Shown here: one piece after another, positions 1-9,592 of the stretch | Numbering within the stretch: position 1 is the stretch's first letter | How the letters are laid out: each line of letters starts with the position of its first letter | From: Candidatus Latescibacterota bacterium | Lineage (GTDB): Bacteria > Latescibacterota > UBA2968 > UBA8231 | Assembly (NCBI GenBank): GCA_965242865.1 | Contig: CBDETK010000013.1 | Span: 384,001-448,000, forward strand | DNA length: 64,000 nucleotides | Direction: 5' to 3' | Position numbers and translations under genes: made by a program | The notes under the pieces: generated by a model | The model's database searches: none | What the model was told of the DNA's origin: nothing | What the model saw: only the letters and a program-made list of their open reading frames with translations

Positions 1-510
1 GACCGCCCATAGTGCGGGCTGTAAACTGTTTATTGCCTAGTTTTTGTTGGATAGTAAGCGTCCGACGGTACATTGCTTCCGCCTCGTCAAATTGACCCGT
101 CTGGCTATATACGCCGCCCAAAACGCTGTAATGATGCGCCAACCCCTCGTCGCGCTGGAGCCGCTCTTCGATCTCAACGCCTTTTTTGAGGATGGCTTCG
201 GCTTCGGCCAACCGCTGCTGTCCGAGATAGACCAATCCCAAGCCCTGATAGTGGCCGGAAATACCCGGCAGATCGCCGAGTTCTTGGCACACTTTTAGTC
301 CCTGCTCGAAGTAGGATTCGGCCTCTTCTCGCTTGTTCTGCTGGAGGGCTAACTGCCCCAAGTTGCCGCATTCTTCAGCCCAATAAGCCCTATTCCCCAA
401 CGCTTCGTGGAGCTGCTGAGCGCGGATGTGTAATGCTCGCGCTTCTGCAACTTTTCCCTGTAGATGGGCGACAAAGCCTCTATTGCTATAGCCGACGGCC
501 AGCCCTCGTA
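1..510 (-). pseudogene. TPR-repeat coding segment running off the left edge; no proper 5' end, joined out of frame to the upstream gene
   Basis: Manual translation of the unlisted minus frame gives consecutive TPR units (LAVGYSNRGFVAHLQGKVAEARALH..., ECGNLGQLALQQNKREEAESYFEQGL..., HYQGLGLVYLGQQRLAEAEAILKKG..., HYSVLGGVYSQTGQFDEAEAMYRRTL). It is open to position 1 and overlaps the tail of ORF 349..939. Confidence 0.6.
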
Positions 511-939
511 GTGCCCTTCGAAGGGGCCATCGGTCAGTTCCCAAGACTCCAAGGTCAAAACGCCGGCAACGCGGTCTTCTTTCGGCTCGGTGAGGATGCC
601 AATCAGTAGATCGCGGCAGGTAGCACAGGCAATATCGTGGCGAACGACGACCAGCTTATAGACCAACGCCTCGTCTTCTGTAAGAACGCGATAGGCTGAC
701 AACACCCCGGAACGCGGCGCCGGCACGGCCTGATACACTTCTGTTAGGTGAAGCGAACTCGCGGTGGAATCAAACGCGGCGAGACTACGCAACACGGCTT
801 CTTTTGGCGGAATGGACGGCAGGGACGCTTGGGGGCTGAGGCTCTTTTCATAGAGTCCCATGAGCACAATGATCGCCGGGATCAAGAGCAGGATTAAACC
901 GGAGTAAATCCAGTATAAGGGATGCTTAGGCTGGCTCAT
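349..939 (-). CDS. Membrane-anchored protein with CxxC motif, possibly FMN-binding-like; 3' end probably lost by deletion near 510
   Basis: N-terminal hydrophobic helix (YSGLILLLIPAIIVLMGLY) and HDIACATCRD motif; the last ~55 aa are the out-of-frame reading of the TPR segment. Confidence 0.5.
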   Translation of the reverse strand: MSQPKHPLYWIYSGLILLLIPAIIVLMGLYEKSLSPQASLPSIPPKEAVLRSLAAFDSTASSLHLTEVYQAVPAPRSGVLSAYRVLTEDEALVYKLVVVRHDIACATCRDLLIGILTEPKEDRVAGVLTLESWELTDGPFEGHYEGWPSAIAIEALSPIYREKLQKREHYTSALSSSTKRWGIGLIGLKNAATWGS

Positions 940-985
940 GCCGTCTTATCCTCGTTCAAGTCAAATCGCTCAAAAGAATATCCAC

Positions 986-3190
986 TTACGGCAGCTTGGT
1001 CGTCTTTTTCGCTTCCACCCGCCCGTCCATCTCGACGCGATAGATATACACGCCCGCGGCCACCGCCTTACCTGCCTCGTCGCGCCCATCCCATACAAAC
1101 CGATGGCTGCCCGCCCCCAGCGGCCCCTGCCACACCTGTCGCACCCGACGACCCAACACGTCATGTACCCGTAGCGACACCGCCGCCGCGTCCGTTGCCA
1201 AATCAAGGGGCAGCACCACCGCCGGATTGAACGGATTGGGATAGCTGTCGCCCAGCCGATATTGCGCCGGGCGTGCTGCCGCCGGCGTCTGCACGGCCGT
1301 CGCGGTTGAGGCCAGCGAACTCTTGAGGACATGCACACCGCCCAAGATCGGATCCAACACCACCAAATCGAGGTCGCCGTCGCTGTCCATATCCCCGGAC
1401 AGCACGGTTCTCCCATTGCCCGCCAGCCGATGCCGCTCCCCTTCTTCGGTAGGCTTAACGCTCCCGCCCCATTCGACGAACACGCCAAACCCCGAAGCGC
1501 GATCTCCGCCGACAAATACCCAATCGTCAATTCCATCGGCGTTGAGATCGCGTATCAGCACGGGCGAGCGACGCAACAGCCGATCATCATACAACACCTC
1601 GGCTTCAAGGCGGTCCCCGGCCCCCTTGCGCTGCAAGACGAGCCCCTTGCTCCCTTCGCGTAGATCGGAAGTGGACTCGGTGAGGAAATCCACCTGCCCG
1701 TCGCCATCAAAATCGCCCACCCCTAACAGCGTCGCCTCGTCATCAACTTCAAAAACCTCGCCTCGTTGCAACGCTTCAGGCTCGTTGCTTTGCAACGCCT
1801 TGTCCAAGGGAGACACAATCCACCCTTGCGCTAGATTGCGGATCGGCACCCAGAACACGTCAAGGAGCCCATTGCCGGTAAAGTCGCCGATGTGAATGGG
1901 CGCGTATTTTTCGGAATACGCCACCTCCGCGGACATCCACCCACCTGGTTCAAACTCCCAGACCGCTAACGTGCTAAAAAACTTCGCCGTACCCGCGATC
2001 TTTTCCTCTAAAGTGCCGTAAGCCCCAGCCCCCCCGACAAATAATTCGACCCGGCCGTCGCTATCCCAATCGGCCACACTATGAACCCAGCTATCGATCT
2101 GCGTGAGCACTTCGACTTGGAGGTCCGGGCCGATAGACCACACTTCGGTCTCAGGCTCTCGGTTGCTTCTCGAAAGGACGATTTCGGCTTGACCATCGCC
2201 GGTCAAATCGGCACCAAGCACCTTCAAGGTCACCCCTCTGGCGACTATTGCCACCTCCCCTCCTATGGCGTCCCCTTCCCCCCTCTCTGGGGCGGCTCCT
2301 TCCTCTATAACAGGCCCCCGTTCCAAGACCCCGCGCCCATCATTGAGGGCCATCAGCCAGCCCGATTTTGTCTTAGGAGGCCCATGTTTATTCAATGTTT
2401 TCATTTCCCAGAGGCCGAACAGGTCTAAGTCGCCATCGCCATCCAAGTCCGTCAACACGTTGCGCCCGTTCCGCCCGAGAAACCTGCTTTCACTTGTTTT
2501 CCCGATGCCTAGGGCAATCGGATAGAACACCGGCGGCGCAAAAAGCCCCGTCCCCGCAAAGCGAAAATACTCTACCAGCGGCGGGGAGAGTTCCCCTTGT
2601 AGCACCTCTTCCACGCCAGTCAACTCGATCCAGTCGATCTCAAACGCCTCCACTACCTCAGTATCCAAATCAGAACCCAGCACAAAACTGAGCCGAAGGT
2701 TTCTTAACAGGCCCTCCCAGCCGGCTTGACCCTCCAACGAGACCTCCACTTCCTGCCACTCGGTGGTATAGACTACTTCTTGGATGGGGAGTTCTCCTTC
2801 AAAGAAAAGACTAGAAATATCATGACCTGAAGCGTTGTCCCATTCCATCGAAAAATTACCCTCGGTCGGGCGGTCATGGACGGTGCGGCAGCGGATGCGG
2901 AGCCGGTCAAACAGACTCGAATCATACCCGATGGTCGAAGAAACCACTTCGACACTCGGCCGGGAGGGGTTGAAACTGTTGGTGAAGGCGGGATCGACCC
3001 GGATTCGCCACACGCCCTCGTCAACCTCGCCGGGAAACTGGTGAAATTCACGCGTACGTACCCCACCAATCGATAGATGAGATTCTTTGGCGGTCCACCC
3101 CTGAGTCGTCCCGTCGTCGAACTCCCACCGAATCGCCTCGGCGAGGTTGCTCCACAGCGCAAGCCCTACAACAGCAGCAAACTTCAGCAT
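986..3190 (-). CDS. Secreted FG-GAP/VCBS beta-propeller protein with N-terminal CBM-like domain and C-terminal FlgD-Ig/T9SS-like domain (paralog 1)
   Basis: Start refined to MLKFAAV (AAGGAG RBS); signal peptide ending AEA; repeated DxDGDG motifs; C-terminal LGDSYPNPFNP...WDGRD...GVYIYR. Confidence 0.9.
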   Translation of the reverse strand: MLKFAAVVGLALWSNLAEAIRWEFDDGTTQGWTAKESHLSIGGVRTREFHQFPGEVDEGVWRIRVDPAFTNSFNPSRPSVEVVSSTIGYDSSLFDRLRIRCRTVHDRPTEGNFSMEWDNASGHDISSLFFEGELPIQEVVYTTEWQEVEVSLEGQAGWEGLLRNLRLSFVLGSDLDTEVVEAFEIDWIELTGVEEVLQGELSPPLVEYFRFAGTGLFAPPVFYPIALGIGKTSESRFLGRNGRNVLTDLDGDGDLDLFGLWEMKTLNKHGPPKTKSGWLMALNDGRGVLERGPVIEEGAAPERGEGDAIGGEVAIVARGVTLKVLGADLTGDGQAEIVLSRSNREPETEVWSIGPDLQVEVLTQIDSWVHSVADWDSDGRVELFVGGAGAYGTLEEKIAGTAKFFSTLAVWEFEPGGWMSAEVAYSEKYAPIHIGDFTGNGLLDVFWVPIRNLAQGWIVSPLDKALQSNEPEALQRGEVFEVDDEATLLGVGDFDGDGQVDFLTESTSDLREGSKGLVLQRKGAGDRLEAEVLYDDRLLRRSPVLIRDLNADGIDDWVFVGGDRASGFGVFVEWGGSVKPTEEGERHRLAGNGRTVLSGDMDSDGDLDLVVLDPILGGVHVLKSSLASTATAVQTPAAARPAQYRLGDSYPNPFNPAVVLPLDLATDAAAVSLRVHDVLGRRVRQVWQGPLGAGSHRFVWDGRDEAGKAVAAGVYIYRVEMDGRVEAKKTTKLP

Positions 3191-3259
3191 GATAGCACAA
3201 CTCCTTTCCAACAGGTAACATTCCGCAGACTGCGCCCTATCCTCGTTCGGCCAATCCAC

Positions 3260-5482
3260 TTACGGCAGCTTCGTCGTCTTTTTCGCTTCCACCCGGCCGT
3301 CCATCTCGACGCGATAGATATACACGCCCGCGGCCACGGCCTTACCTGCCTCGTCGCGGCCATCCCAAGTAAAACGATGCTGACCTGCCCCCAGCGGCCC
3401 CTCCCACACCTGCCGCACCCGCCGACCCAACACATCATGCACTCGCAACGACACCGCCGCCGCGTCCTTAGCCAAATCAAGAGGAATCACCACCGCCGGA
3501 TTGAACGGATTGGGATAGCTGTCGCCGAGCGAATGTTGCGCCGGGCGTGCTGCCGCCGACGTCTGCACGGCTGTCGCGGTTGAGGCCAGCGAACTCTTGA
3601 GGACATGCACGCCGCCCAAGATCGGATCCAACACCACCAAATCGAGATCGCCGTCGCCATCCATGTCACCGGACAGCACGTATCGCCCACTGCCAGTCAG
3701 CCGATGCCGCTCCCCGTCTTGGGTCGGATTGATACTCCCTCCCCATTCGATAAATACCCCAAAGCCCGAAGCGCGATCTCCGCCGACAAATACCCAATCG
3801 TCAACCCCATCGGCGTTGAGATCACGCACCAGCACCGGCGAGCGACGCAACAGCCGATCGTCATATAGCACCTCGGCTTCGAGGCGGTCTCCGGCCCCCT
3901 TGCGCTGCAAGGCGATTCCCTTGCTTCCTTCGAGTAGATCGAAGGTGAACTCGGTGAGAAAATCCACCTGCCCATCGCCGTCAAAATCGCCTATCCTTAA
4001 CGGCCTTACCTCTTTATCTACTTCAAAGACCTCGTTGCTCTGCAACGCCTCAGGTTCGTTGCTTTGCAACGCCTTGTCTAAGGGCGTCACAATCCACCCT
4101 TCCGCCAGATTGCGGATCGGCAACCAGAACACATCGAGAATCCCATTGCCGGTAAAGTCGCCGATGTGAATGGGCGCGTATTTTTCGGAATACGCCACCT
4201 CCGCGGACATCCACTCACCCTGTTCAAACTCCCAGACCGCTAACGTGCTAAAAAACTTCGCTGAACCCTCGAGTATTTCCTTTAACGTGCCGTAAGACCC
4301 AGCCCCCCCGACAAATAATTCGACCCGGCCATCGCCATCCCAATCAGCCACACTATGAACCCAGCTATCGATCTGCGCGAGCACCTCCACTTGGAGGTCT
4401 GGGCCGATAGACCACACTTCGGTCTCAGGCTCCCGGTTACTTCTCGATAGGACGATTTCGGCTTGACCATCGCCGGTCAAATCAGCACCAAGCACATCTA
4501 AGACCGGAGTCCCTGAAGCGACTACTACCTCCCCTCCTACGGTGGCTGATTCCCCCCCCCCTGGGGCGGCTCCTTCCTCTATAACAGGCCCCCGTTCCAA
4601 GGCCCCGTGCCCGTCATTAAGGGCCATCAGCCAGCCCGCTTTCTCCTTATGAGCCCCATGCTTATTAGGTATTTTCATTGCCCAGAGGCCAAACAGGTCT
4701 AAGTCCCCATCGCCATCCAAGTCCGTCAACACGCTGTCATCTTCCTTCCCTATCCCTAGATACCTGTTTTGAGAATCTCCAATAGATACTTCCCCGATGC
4801 CCGGCGCAATCGGATAGAACACCGGCGGCGCAAAAAGCCCTGTCCCCGCAAAGCGAAAATACTCTACCAGCGGCGGGGGGAGTTCCCCCTGCAGCACTTC
4901 TTCCACGCCAGTCAACTCGATCCAGTCGATCTCAAACGCCATCACCACCTCAGTATCCAAATCAGAACCCAGCACAAAACTGAGCCGAAGGTTTCTTAAC
5001 AGGCCCTCCCAGCCGGCTTGACCCTCCAACGAGACCTCCACTTCCTGCCACTCGGTGGTATAGACTACTCGTTGGATGGGGACTAGTGCGCCTACGTCGT
5101 TACCAACCAAAATATGACCTAAAGCGTTGTCCCATTGCACGGAAAAAGTACCCTCGGTCGGTCGGTCATGGACGGTGCGGAAGCGGAGGCGAACCCGGTC
5201 GAACAGACTCGAATCATGCCCGATGGTCGAAGAAACCACTTCGACACTCGGCCAGGAGGGGTCGAAACTGTTGGCAACGGCGGGATCGACCCGAATCCGC
5301 CACACGCCCTCGTCAACCTCGCCGGGAAACTGGTGAAATTCACGCGTACCCCCTCCACCCATCGACACATAAGCTTCTTTGGCGGTCCACCCTTGCGTCG
5401 TCCCGTCGTCGAACTCCCACCGAATCGCCGTGGCGGGGATACCCCACAGCACAAACCATGCAACGGCAGCGAACTTCAACAT
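3260..5482 (-). CDS. Secreted FG-GAP/VCBS + FlgD-Ig/T9SS-like protein (paralog 2)
   Basis: Start refined to MLKFAAV at 5482; same architecture and closest to paralog 1. Confidence 0.9.
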   Translation of the reverse strand: MLKFAAVAWFVLWGIPATAIRWEFDDGTTQGWTAKEAYVSMGGGGTREFHQFPGEVDEGVWRIRVDPAVANSFDPSWPSVEVVSSTIGHDSSLFDRVRLRFRTVHDRPTEGTFSVQWDNALGHILVGNDVGALVPIQRVVYTTEWQEVEVSLEGQAGWEGLLRNLRLSFVLGSDLDTEVVMAFEIDWIELTGVEEVLQGELPPPLVEYFRFAGTGLFAPPVFYPIAPGIGEVSIGDSQNRYLGIGKEDDSVLTDLDGDGDLDLFGLWAMKIPNKHGAHKEKAGWLMALNDGHGALERGPVIEEGAAPGGGESATVGGEVVVASGTPVLDVLGADLTGDGQAEIVLSRSNREPETEVWSIGPDLQVEVLAQIDSWVHSVADWDGDGRVELFVGGAGSYGTLKEILEGSAKFFSTLAVWEFEQGEWMSAEVAYSEKYAPIHIGDFTGNGILDVFWLPIRNLAEGWIVTPLDKALQSNEPEALQSNEVFEVDKEVRPLRIGDFDGDGQVDFLTEFTFDLLEGSKGIALQRKGAGDRLEAEVLYDDRLLRRSPVLVRDLNADGVDDWVFVGGDRASGFGVFIEWGGSINPTQDGERHRLTGSGRYVLSGDMDGDGDLDLVVLDPILGGVHVLKSSLASTATAVQTSAAARPAQHSLGDSYPNPFNPAVVIPLDLAKDAAAVSLRVHDVLGRRVRQVWEGPLGAGQHRFTWDGRDEAGKAVAAGVYIYRVEMDGRVEAKKTTKLP

Positions 5483-5555
5483 GACATTACCGATCCTTTC
5501 CAACAGGTAACATTCCGACAGACAGCACCCTATTCGTGAAGTACGAAGGGGAAGG

Positions 5556-5590
5556 GGGGCCGGCTCAATCGCTCCGATCAAACCGGCCCC
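5556..5590 (-). terminator. Stem-loop between peptide gene 1 and the downstream propeller gene
   Basis: Minus strand GGGGCCGGTTTGATCG-gag-CGATTGAGCCGGCCCC pairs fully using G-U wobbles; no clear U-tract. Confidence 0.55.
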
Positions 5591-5647
5591 TTACCACCTT
5601 AACAGGAGAAGCGGTCCTACAGCAGCTAAGGTGGGCTCAGATATACT

Positions 5648-5938
5648 TCAAGCGCAGCAGTAGTTCCCCCCGCACCTTGTATTGCAGTTCGAGTCCAGCC
5701 AACAGTCCTGGCACTTATACGACCTTGCCCCGTTCGAGGCCTCGTCGCAACCTGCGCTGTACCCGAAACTCCTTGTCCACCTTCTTTCGTCGCAATCGCG
5801 ATTATCGGCAGCCGCTTCCTTGGCCCCGAGCAGGATGGTGATCCCCGTCAGGACGCTGATGACCCAACCGAGGGCCAAACCCTGCCGAGCCGGCGCCAAC
5901 CCGCTCGACGACGCGAAAAACTCCCGCAATTTCTGCAT
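5648..5938 (-). CDS. Secreted 8-Cys peptide precursor 1 (44-aa conserved signal/leader + 52-aa variable core)
   Basis: AGGAG RBS; leader nearly identical in four copies; hydrophobic stretch ending in A-x-A; 8 Cys in the core. Confidence 0.88.
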   Translation of the reverse strand: MQKLREFFASSSGLAPARQGLALGWVISVLTGITILLGAKEAAADNRDCDERRWTRSFGYSAGCDEASNGARSYKCQDCWLDSNCNTRCGGNYCCA

Positions 5939-6077
5939 GATTCTCGTCTCCTACGTTGCCCAGTACGCCGGCGGCCCGATACCGCTACGGCACTGGAAGT
6001 GAGGGTTGAAAAGCAGCCGATACGAGTTCGCATCCCCTCCTTTCTTTTTAATCGGCCTTGCTTCTACGGATTATATG

Positions 6078-6094
6078 AGCAAATTGCGTGCCAA
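6078..6094 (-). promoter_or_regulatory. Sigma-54 (-24/-12) promoter, copy 1
   Basis: TTGGCACGCAATTTGCT matches TGGCAC-N5-TTGCW with GG-N10-GC spacing. Confidence 0.88.
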
Positions 6095-6133
6095 AAAGCA
6101 GGGCATGCACAAAAAAATCCTTTAGGATTGCCC

Positions 6134-6146
6134 TAAAGGATTGAAA
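6134..6146 (-). promoter_or_regulatory. IHF-like site between enhancer and promoter; equivalent sites in the other three modules
   Basis: TTTCAATCCTTTA versus consensus WATCAANNNNTTR (1 mismatch), preceded by an A/T tract. Confidence 0.5.
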
Positions 6147-6211
6147 ATATGAGACTTAAAATAATAGACGCGGCTTCTTACGAGCGGCGGCCTCAGCCCG
6201 TGGCGCACGGC

Positions 6212-6289
6212 TTTACACGATTTTCCGTGGATTTTACACGATTTTCCGTGGATTTTACACGATTTTCCGTGGATTTATACGACTTTCCC
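6212..6289. repeat. 21-bp tandem repeat x3 plus a degenerate fourth; putative sigma-54 upstream activator sites, copy 1
   Basis: Unit TTTACACGATTTTCCGTGGAT contains the dyad CACG-N6-CGTG; lies ~120-195 bp upstream of the -24 box. Confidence 0.8.
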
Positions 6290-6343
6290 TTTGGGCCATC
6301 GCGCCGCCAAGATAGGCGATCAAGGGCTGGAGTACGTCCCGCT

Positions 6344-9300
6344 TTACTTGCTGGGTCGGCGCAACCCGTATTTCTGTATGCGGTAACGCAGCTTCTCCGG
6401 GCTCATGCCCAATAGTTTGGCCGCGCCCCGATCGCCATAGATCACCCAGTTGGTCGCATGGAGGGCCGCCACAAGCCGCTGCTTTTCATCATCGCCTTCG
6501 GCCAGCGCTGGCACTTCGTCCCCAGCCTCGGTTTGTCGTGCAGGCGGCGCGAGCGGCTTCCTTGCATCCGCGTCGCCGCCGGCTAGTTGCTCATCCGGCG
6601 GCAACGCCAAATCCTCTACTCGCAACACCCCGTCCTCGCACAGCAAGACCCCTCGGTGGAGCCGATGCGCCAACTCCCGGATGTTCCCCGGCCACGAGTG
6701 CGTCTGCAAGTGCTCGATCACCCCCTCGGCGATCGTCGGCATCGGCTGATTTATCTGGTCGGCAAACCACGCCACAAAATTCACGACCAAATCCGGTATA
6801 TCCTCGGGCCGCTTCCGCAGCGGTAGAACCTCTACCGTGAAGTTGTCCAGCCGATAAAACAGGTCTTGGCGGAACGTACCCGCCTGTACGGCCTGTTTCA
6901 GGTCGCGGTTGGTCGCGGCCACGACTCGCACATCCATGGGGACAGGCCGCTCCCCACCGACGCGGGTCAAGCTCTTCTGCTCTAAGACGTGCAGCAGCAC
7001 CTGCTGGGAGTTTAACGGCAAATCGCCGATCTCGTCCAAAAACAGGGTGCCGCGATGGGCCAGTTCAAAGCGGCCGCGTTGGCGAGTATTGGCGCCGGTA
7101 AAGGACCCTTTCTCGTGGCCGAACAACTCGCTCTCGATTAGGTTGGCGGGGATCGCTGCGCAATTGACTTGGATGAAGGGACGGTCGCGGCGGGGGCTGA
7201 GGTCGTGGACGCTCTGCGCCAGCAAGCTCTTGCCGGTGCCAGTCTCGCCCAGCACCAGCACGGTCATATTGGTCCCAGCGACCCGCTCAATCTGTCGCCT
7301 TATCGTTTGCATGTGCCGAGAGCGGCTCGGCACGACCGAGTTGGCAGACAGCAGGGTCTTTTCGAGGATGCGGGTGTGTTCGACTTGGGGGTCGGGCAGG
7401 ACGTGAACGGCCAAACTGACCACCTCGGACGACAGGCCATCCCGGTCCATGGCCTCCACCTCAAAGCAGTAGTCGCCCACCGGCAAAGTGTGATAGACCA
7501 CCGCATCGGCGGCCGTGAACGCGCTCCACTCTTTGGCCGGATCATGGCCTACCAAGCGATGGCGATAGCACAACTGCCGCGCCCCGCTGCGGAAACTAAT
7601 GCCTTGGAAATGAATGCGGATTTCGGGGATGTCCTCTGAGTAGGACACGGCTTCGGGCATAGTAAAAAGGCGACCGGCCTGCACCTCGCGGATCACCAAG
7701 CGCGGCGGCGTGTCCCCGGGCTGATAGGCCACCAACCCAGCCCGCGTCCCAAACCACAGCCGCCCCTGACGGTCGCACAATACGGCCTCGACGATGTTGC
7801 CCAGCACAGACGACCCCAAGCGGATGTTGCGGAACGTCTCGCCATCATAGCAGAGTACGCCCCCACCACTCGTCCCCAGCCAAACGCGCCCCGCCCGGTC
7901 GGCCGTCAGCCCCAAGATGCCATTGGCCATCAGCCCACTATCCTCCGTGGTAAAGTGGCGCACCTGACCCGCCGAGCGGTCGGCAATGAAAAGCCCCTTG
8001 GCCGTGCCCACCCACAAGACGTCTTGGTGTTCCCACAACACATTGACATAGACGATGGTCTCGGACTCGGCCATCTCCACCGGGCCAAACTGCTCGTCCT
8101 TGTACCAGTACAACGCCGGCACTCGACCGAAGAACCCAATCCAGAACACGCCGTTTTGGTCTTGCAGCAGGGCGCGGCACTCCTCGCCGCTCCACTCCTT
8201 AAAGGGGGTGAAGCGGCCAGCCTCGATCCAGCCGAAGTGGCCCTGGAACGTACCGACCCAGATGCGCCCTTGCCCATCTTCGCACAGTCCGGTAATCGCG
8301 TCGCCGTCGGTCTCGGCCGCCACGGCGATCGCCTGCGGCGTTTGCCCGGCCCACTGGTACACTTGGCCCTGTTCGCCCCCGCTCCAGACCTGCCCCTGTC
8401 CATCCACCATCAGCGCCGACACCGAGTCATCCCTAGTGAGCGGCCGGATGCGGCCTTCTTCCATACAGGCCATGCCGCCTATCGTGCCGATCCAGACCCG
8501 CCCGTCGCCGTCTTCTCCCAAGTGGCACACTTCGTGGTCGGGCAGGCCATCCGCTTCGGTGTACAGCCGCATGCTGACTGGATCGCAAAAAACCAACCCG
8601 CCGCCCCAAAGCCCAACCCAGATATTGCCCTCGCGATCCTCGTAGGTCAGGCGCGTATTGGAAAAGTCAAAGTCCAACAGGTGGGTTGCAAAGGGATGCC
8701 ACGTTTGCCCATCGTAGCAGACTACCCCCCGACGCGCCAGCCAGAGCCGGCCCTGCTCGTCCACCCGCACGTGCCGCACGCCCTGCTGCACCACTCGCTC
8801 GGCCTGATGCTCCACCTCAAGGCAGGCGAACTGCTCGGTGTGCGGATCGTAGCGGCCGATCAAGGCTTCGCTCCCCTCGTAGTGGAAGGCGATCCACAGA
8901 GAGCCGGACGGGTCTTGGGCAAATTTCCAAGGCCAGCGCACCGCCCGATCGCCCAGCTCCATGCGTCGGCCATCCAAACTGAGGACGCCTCGGTCCCACG
9001 TCGCCAGCCAAGTGGTGCCGGCCGCGTCTGTGACCCAATCGTACACCCGCCCCAACGGTTGGCCGTCAATGTGGGTTATGCTCCGGGTGCAGCGGCCTTG
9101 GGCAAACCACGCCACGCCCGCGCCGGTCAGCACCAACACCGACCCATCCGGCTGGGCTTGCAGCCCCACGATCTCATTGGACGGCAAGCCGTGCTCGGTG
9201 GTATGCAGCTCAAAGCCGCGCCCGTCGTACGCGGCCAACCCGCCGCCCAACGTGCCGAACAGCAGCCGGTCGTTGTCGTCCTCGGCAATGGCCATGACCG

Positions 9301-9496
9301 TCAGGTTGGGCAGGCCATCGGCGAGGGCAAACGTATCGAACCGAGCGCTGTCGAACCGGCTGACGCCGCCGTCGGCCGTGGCAACCCAGAGGAACCCTTG
9401 GCGGTCTTGGTAGAGGTCTTCAATGTGCATCCCGCAAAGCCCATCAAAGACTGTGTAGTGATACCCCTGCACGTGCTCAAAGGATAGGGCGCTCAT
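6344..9496 (-). CDS. Sigma-54-dependent activator (bEBP) with N-terminal Reg_prop beta-propellers and Y_Y_Y-type domain, AAA+ domain and Fis-type HTH
   Basis: Repeats such as DGLP...I.ED..G.LW.GT.GG; Walker A GETGTGKS; [15 protein letters not shown]; LFLDEIG; FRQDLFYRL; WPGNIREL; C-terminal [11 protein letters not shown]. Confidence 0.93.
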   Translation of the reverse strand: MSALSFEHVQGYHYTVFDGLCGMHIEDLYQDRQGFLWVATADGGVSRFDSARFDTFALADGLPNLTVMAIAEDDNDRLLFGTLGGGLAAYDGRGFELHTTEHGLPSNEIVGLQAQPDGSVLVLTGAGVAWFAQGRCTRSITHIDGQPLGRVYDWVTDAAGTTWLATWDRGVLSLDGRRMELGDRAVRWPWKFAQDPSGSLWIAFHYEGSEALIGRYDPHTEQFACLEVEHQAERVVQQGVRHVRVDEQGRLWLARRGVVCYDGQTWHPFATHLLDFDFSNTRLTYEDREGNIWVGLWGGGLVFCDPVSMRLYTEADGLPDHEVCHLGEDGDGRVWIGTIGGMACMEEGRIRPLTRDDSVSALMVDGQGQVWSGGEQGQVYQWAGQTPQAIAVAAETDGDAITGLCEDGQGRIWVGTFQGHFGWIEAGRFTPFKEWSGEECRALLQDQNGVFWIGFFGRVPALYWYKDEQFGPVEMAESETIVYVNVLWEHQDVLWVGTAKGLFIADRSAGQVRHFTTEDSGLMANGILGLTADRAGRVWLGTSGGGVLCYDGETFRNIRLGSSVLGNIVEAVLCDRQGRLWFGTRAGLVAYQPGDTPPRLVIREVQAGRLFTMPEAVSYSEDIPEIRIHFQGISFRSGARQLCYRHRLVGHDPAKEWSAFTAADAVVYHTLPVGDYCFEVEAMDRDGLSSEVVSLAVHVLPDPQVEHTRILEKTLLSANSVVPSRSRHMQTIRRQIERVAGTNMTVLVLGETGTGKSLLAQSVHDLSPRRDRPFIQVNCAAIPANLIESELFGHEKGSFTGANTRQRGRFELAHRGTLFLDEIGDLPLNSQQVLLHVLEQKSLTRVGGERPVPMDVRVVAATNRDLKQAVQAGTFRQDLFYRLDNFTVEVLPLRKRPEDIPDLVVNFVAWFADQINQPMPTIAEGVIEHLQTHSWPGNIRELAHRLHRGVLLCEDGVLRVEDLALPPDEQLAGGDADARKPLAPPARQTEAGDEVPALAEGDDEKQRLVAALHATNWVIYGDRGAAKLLGMSPEKLRYRIQKYGLRRPSK

Positions 9497-9592
9497 CGTC
9501 GGCCTTTCGGCGATTGGGAGGGAGGTCTTTCCCGGAAGTGGGAAGGAGAAGGAACGCCTAAGATACGACAACCGCCGCCCGAAAACTACCCG

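Noticed and set aside
5848-6033. Arg-rich 61-aa ORF (and 26550..26990) as a conserved protein-coding gene
   Set aside because: The start is ACG in two of four copies and the stop is not conserved; kept only as a possible regulatory element
6212-6289. 21-bp repeats as a mini-CRISPR array or iterons
   Set aside because: The units are directly contiguous with no unique spacers, no cas or rep gene is nearby, and the position fits sigma-54 enhancer sites
7955-9487. Long antisense ORFs such as this 510-aa one, and recurring plus-strand ORFs inside the FG-GAP genes
   Set aside because: Shadow frames expected in GC-rich coding DNA; they recur only because the sense genes are paralogous
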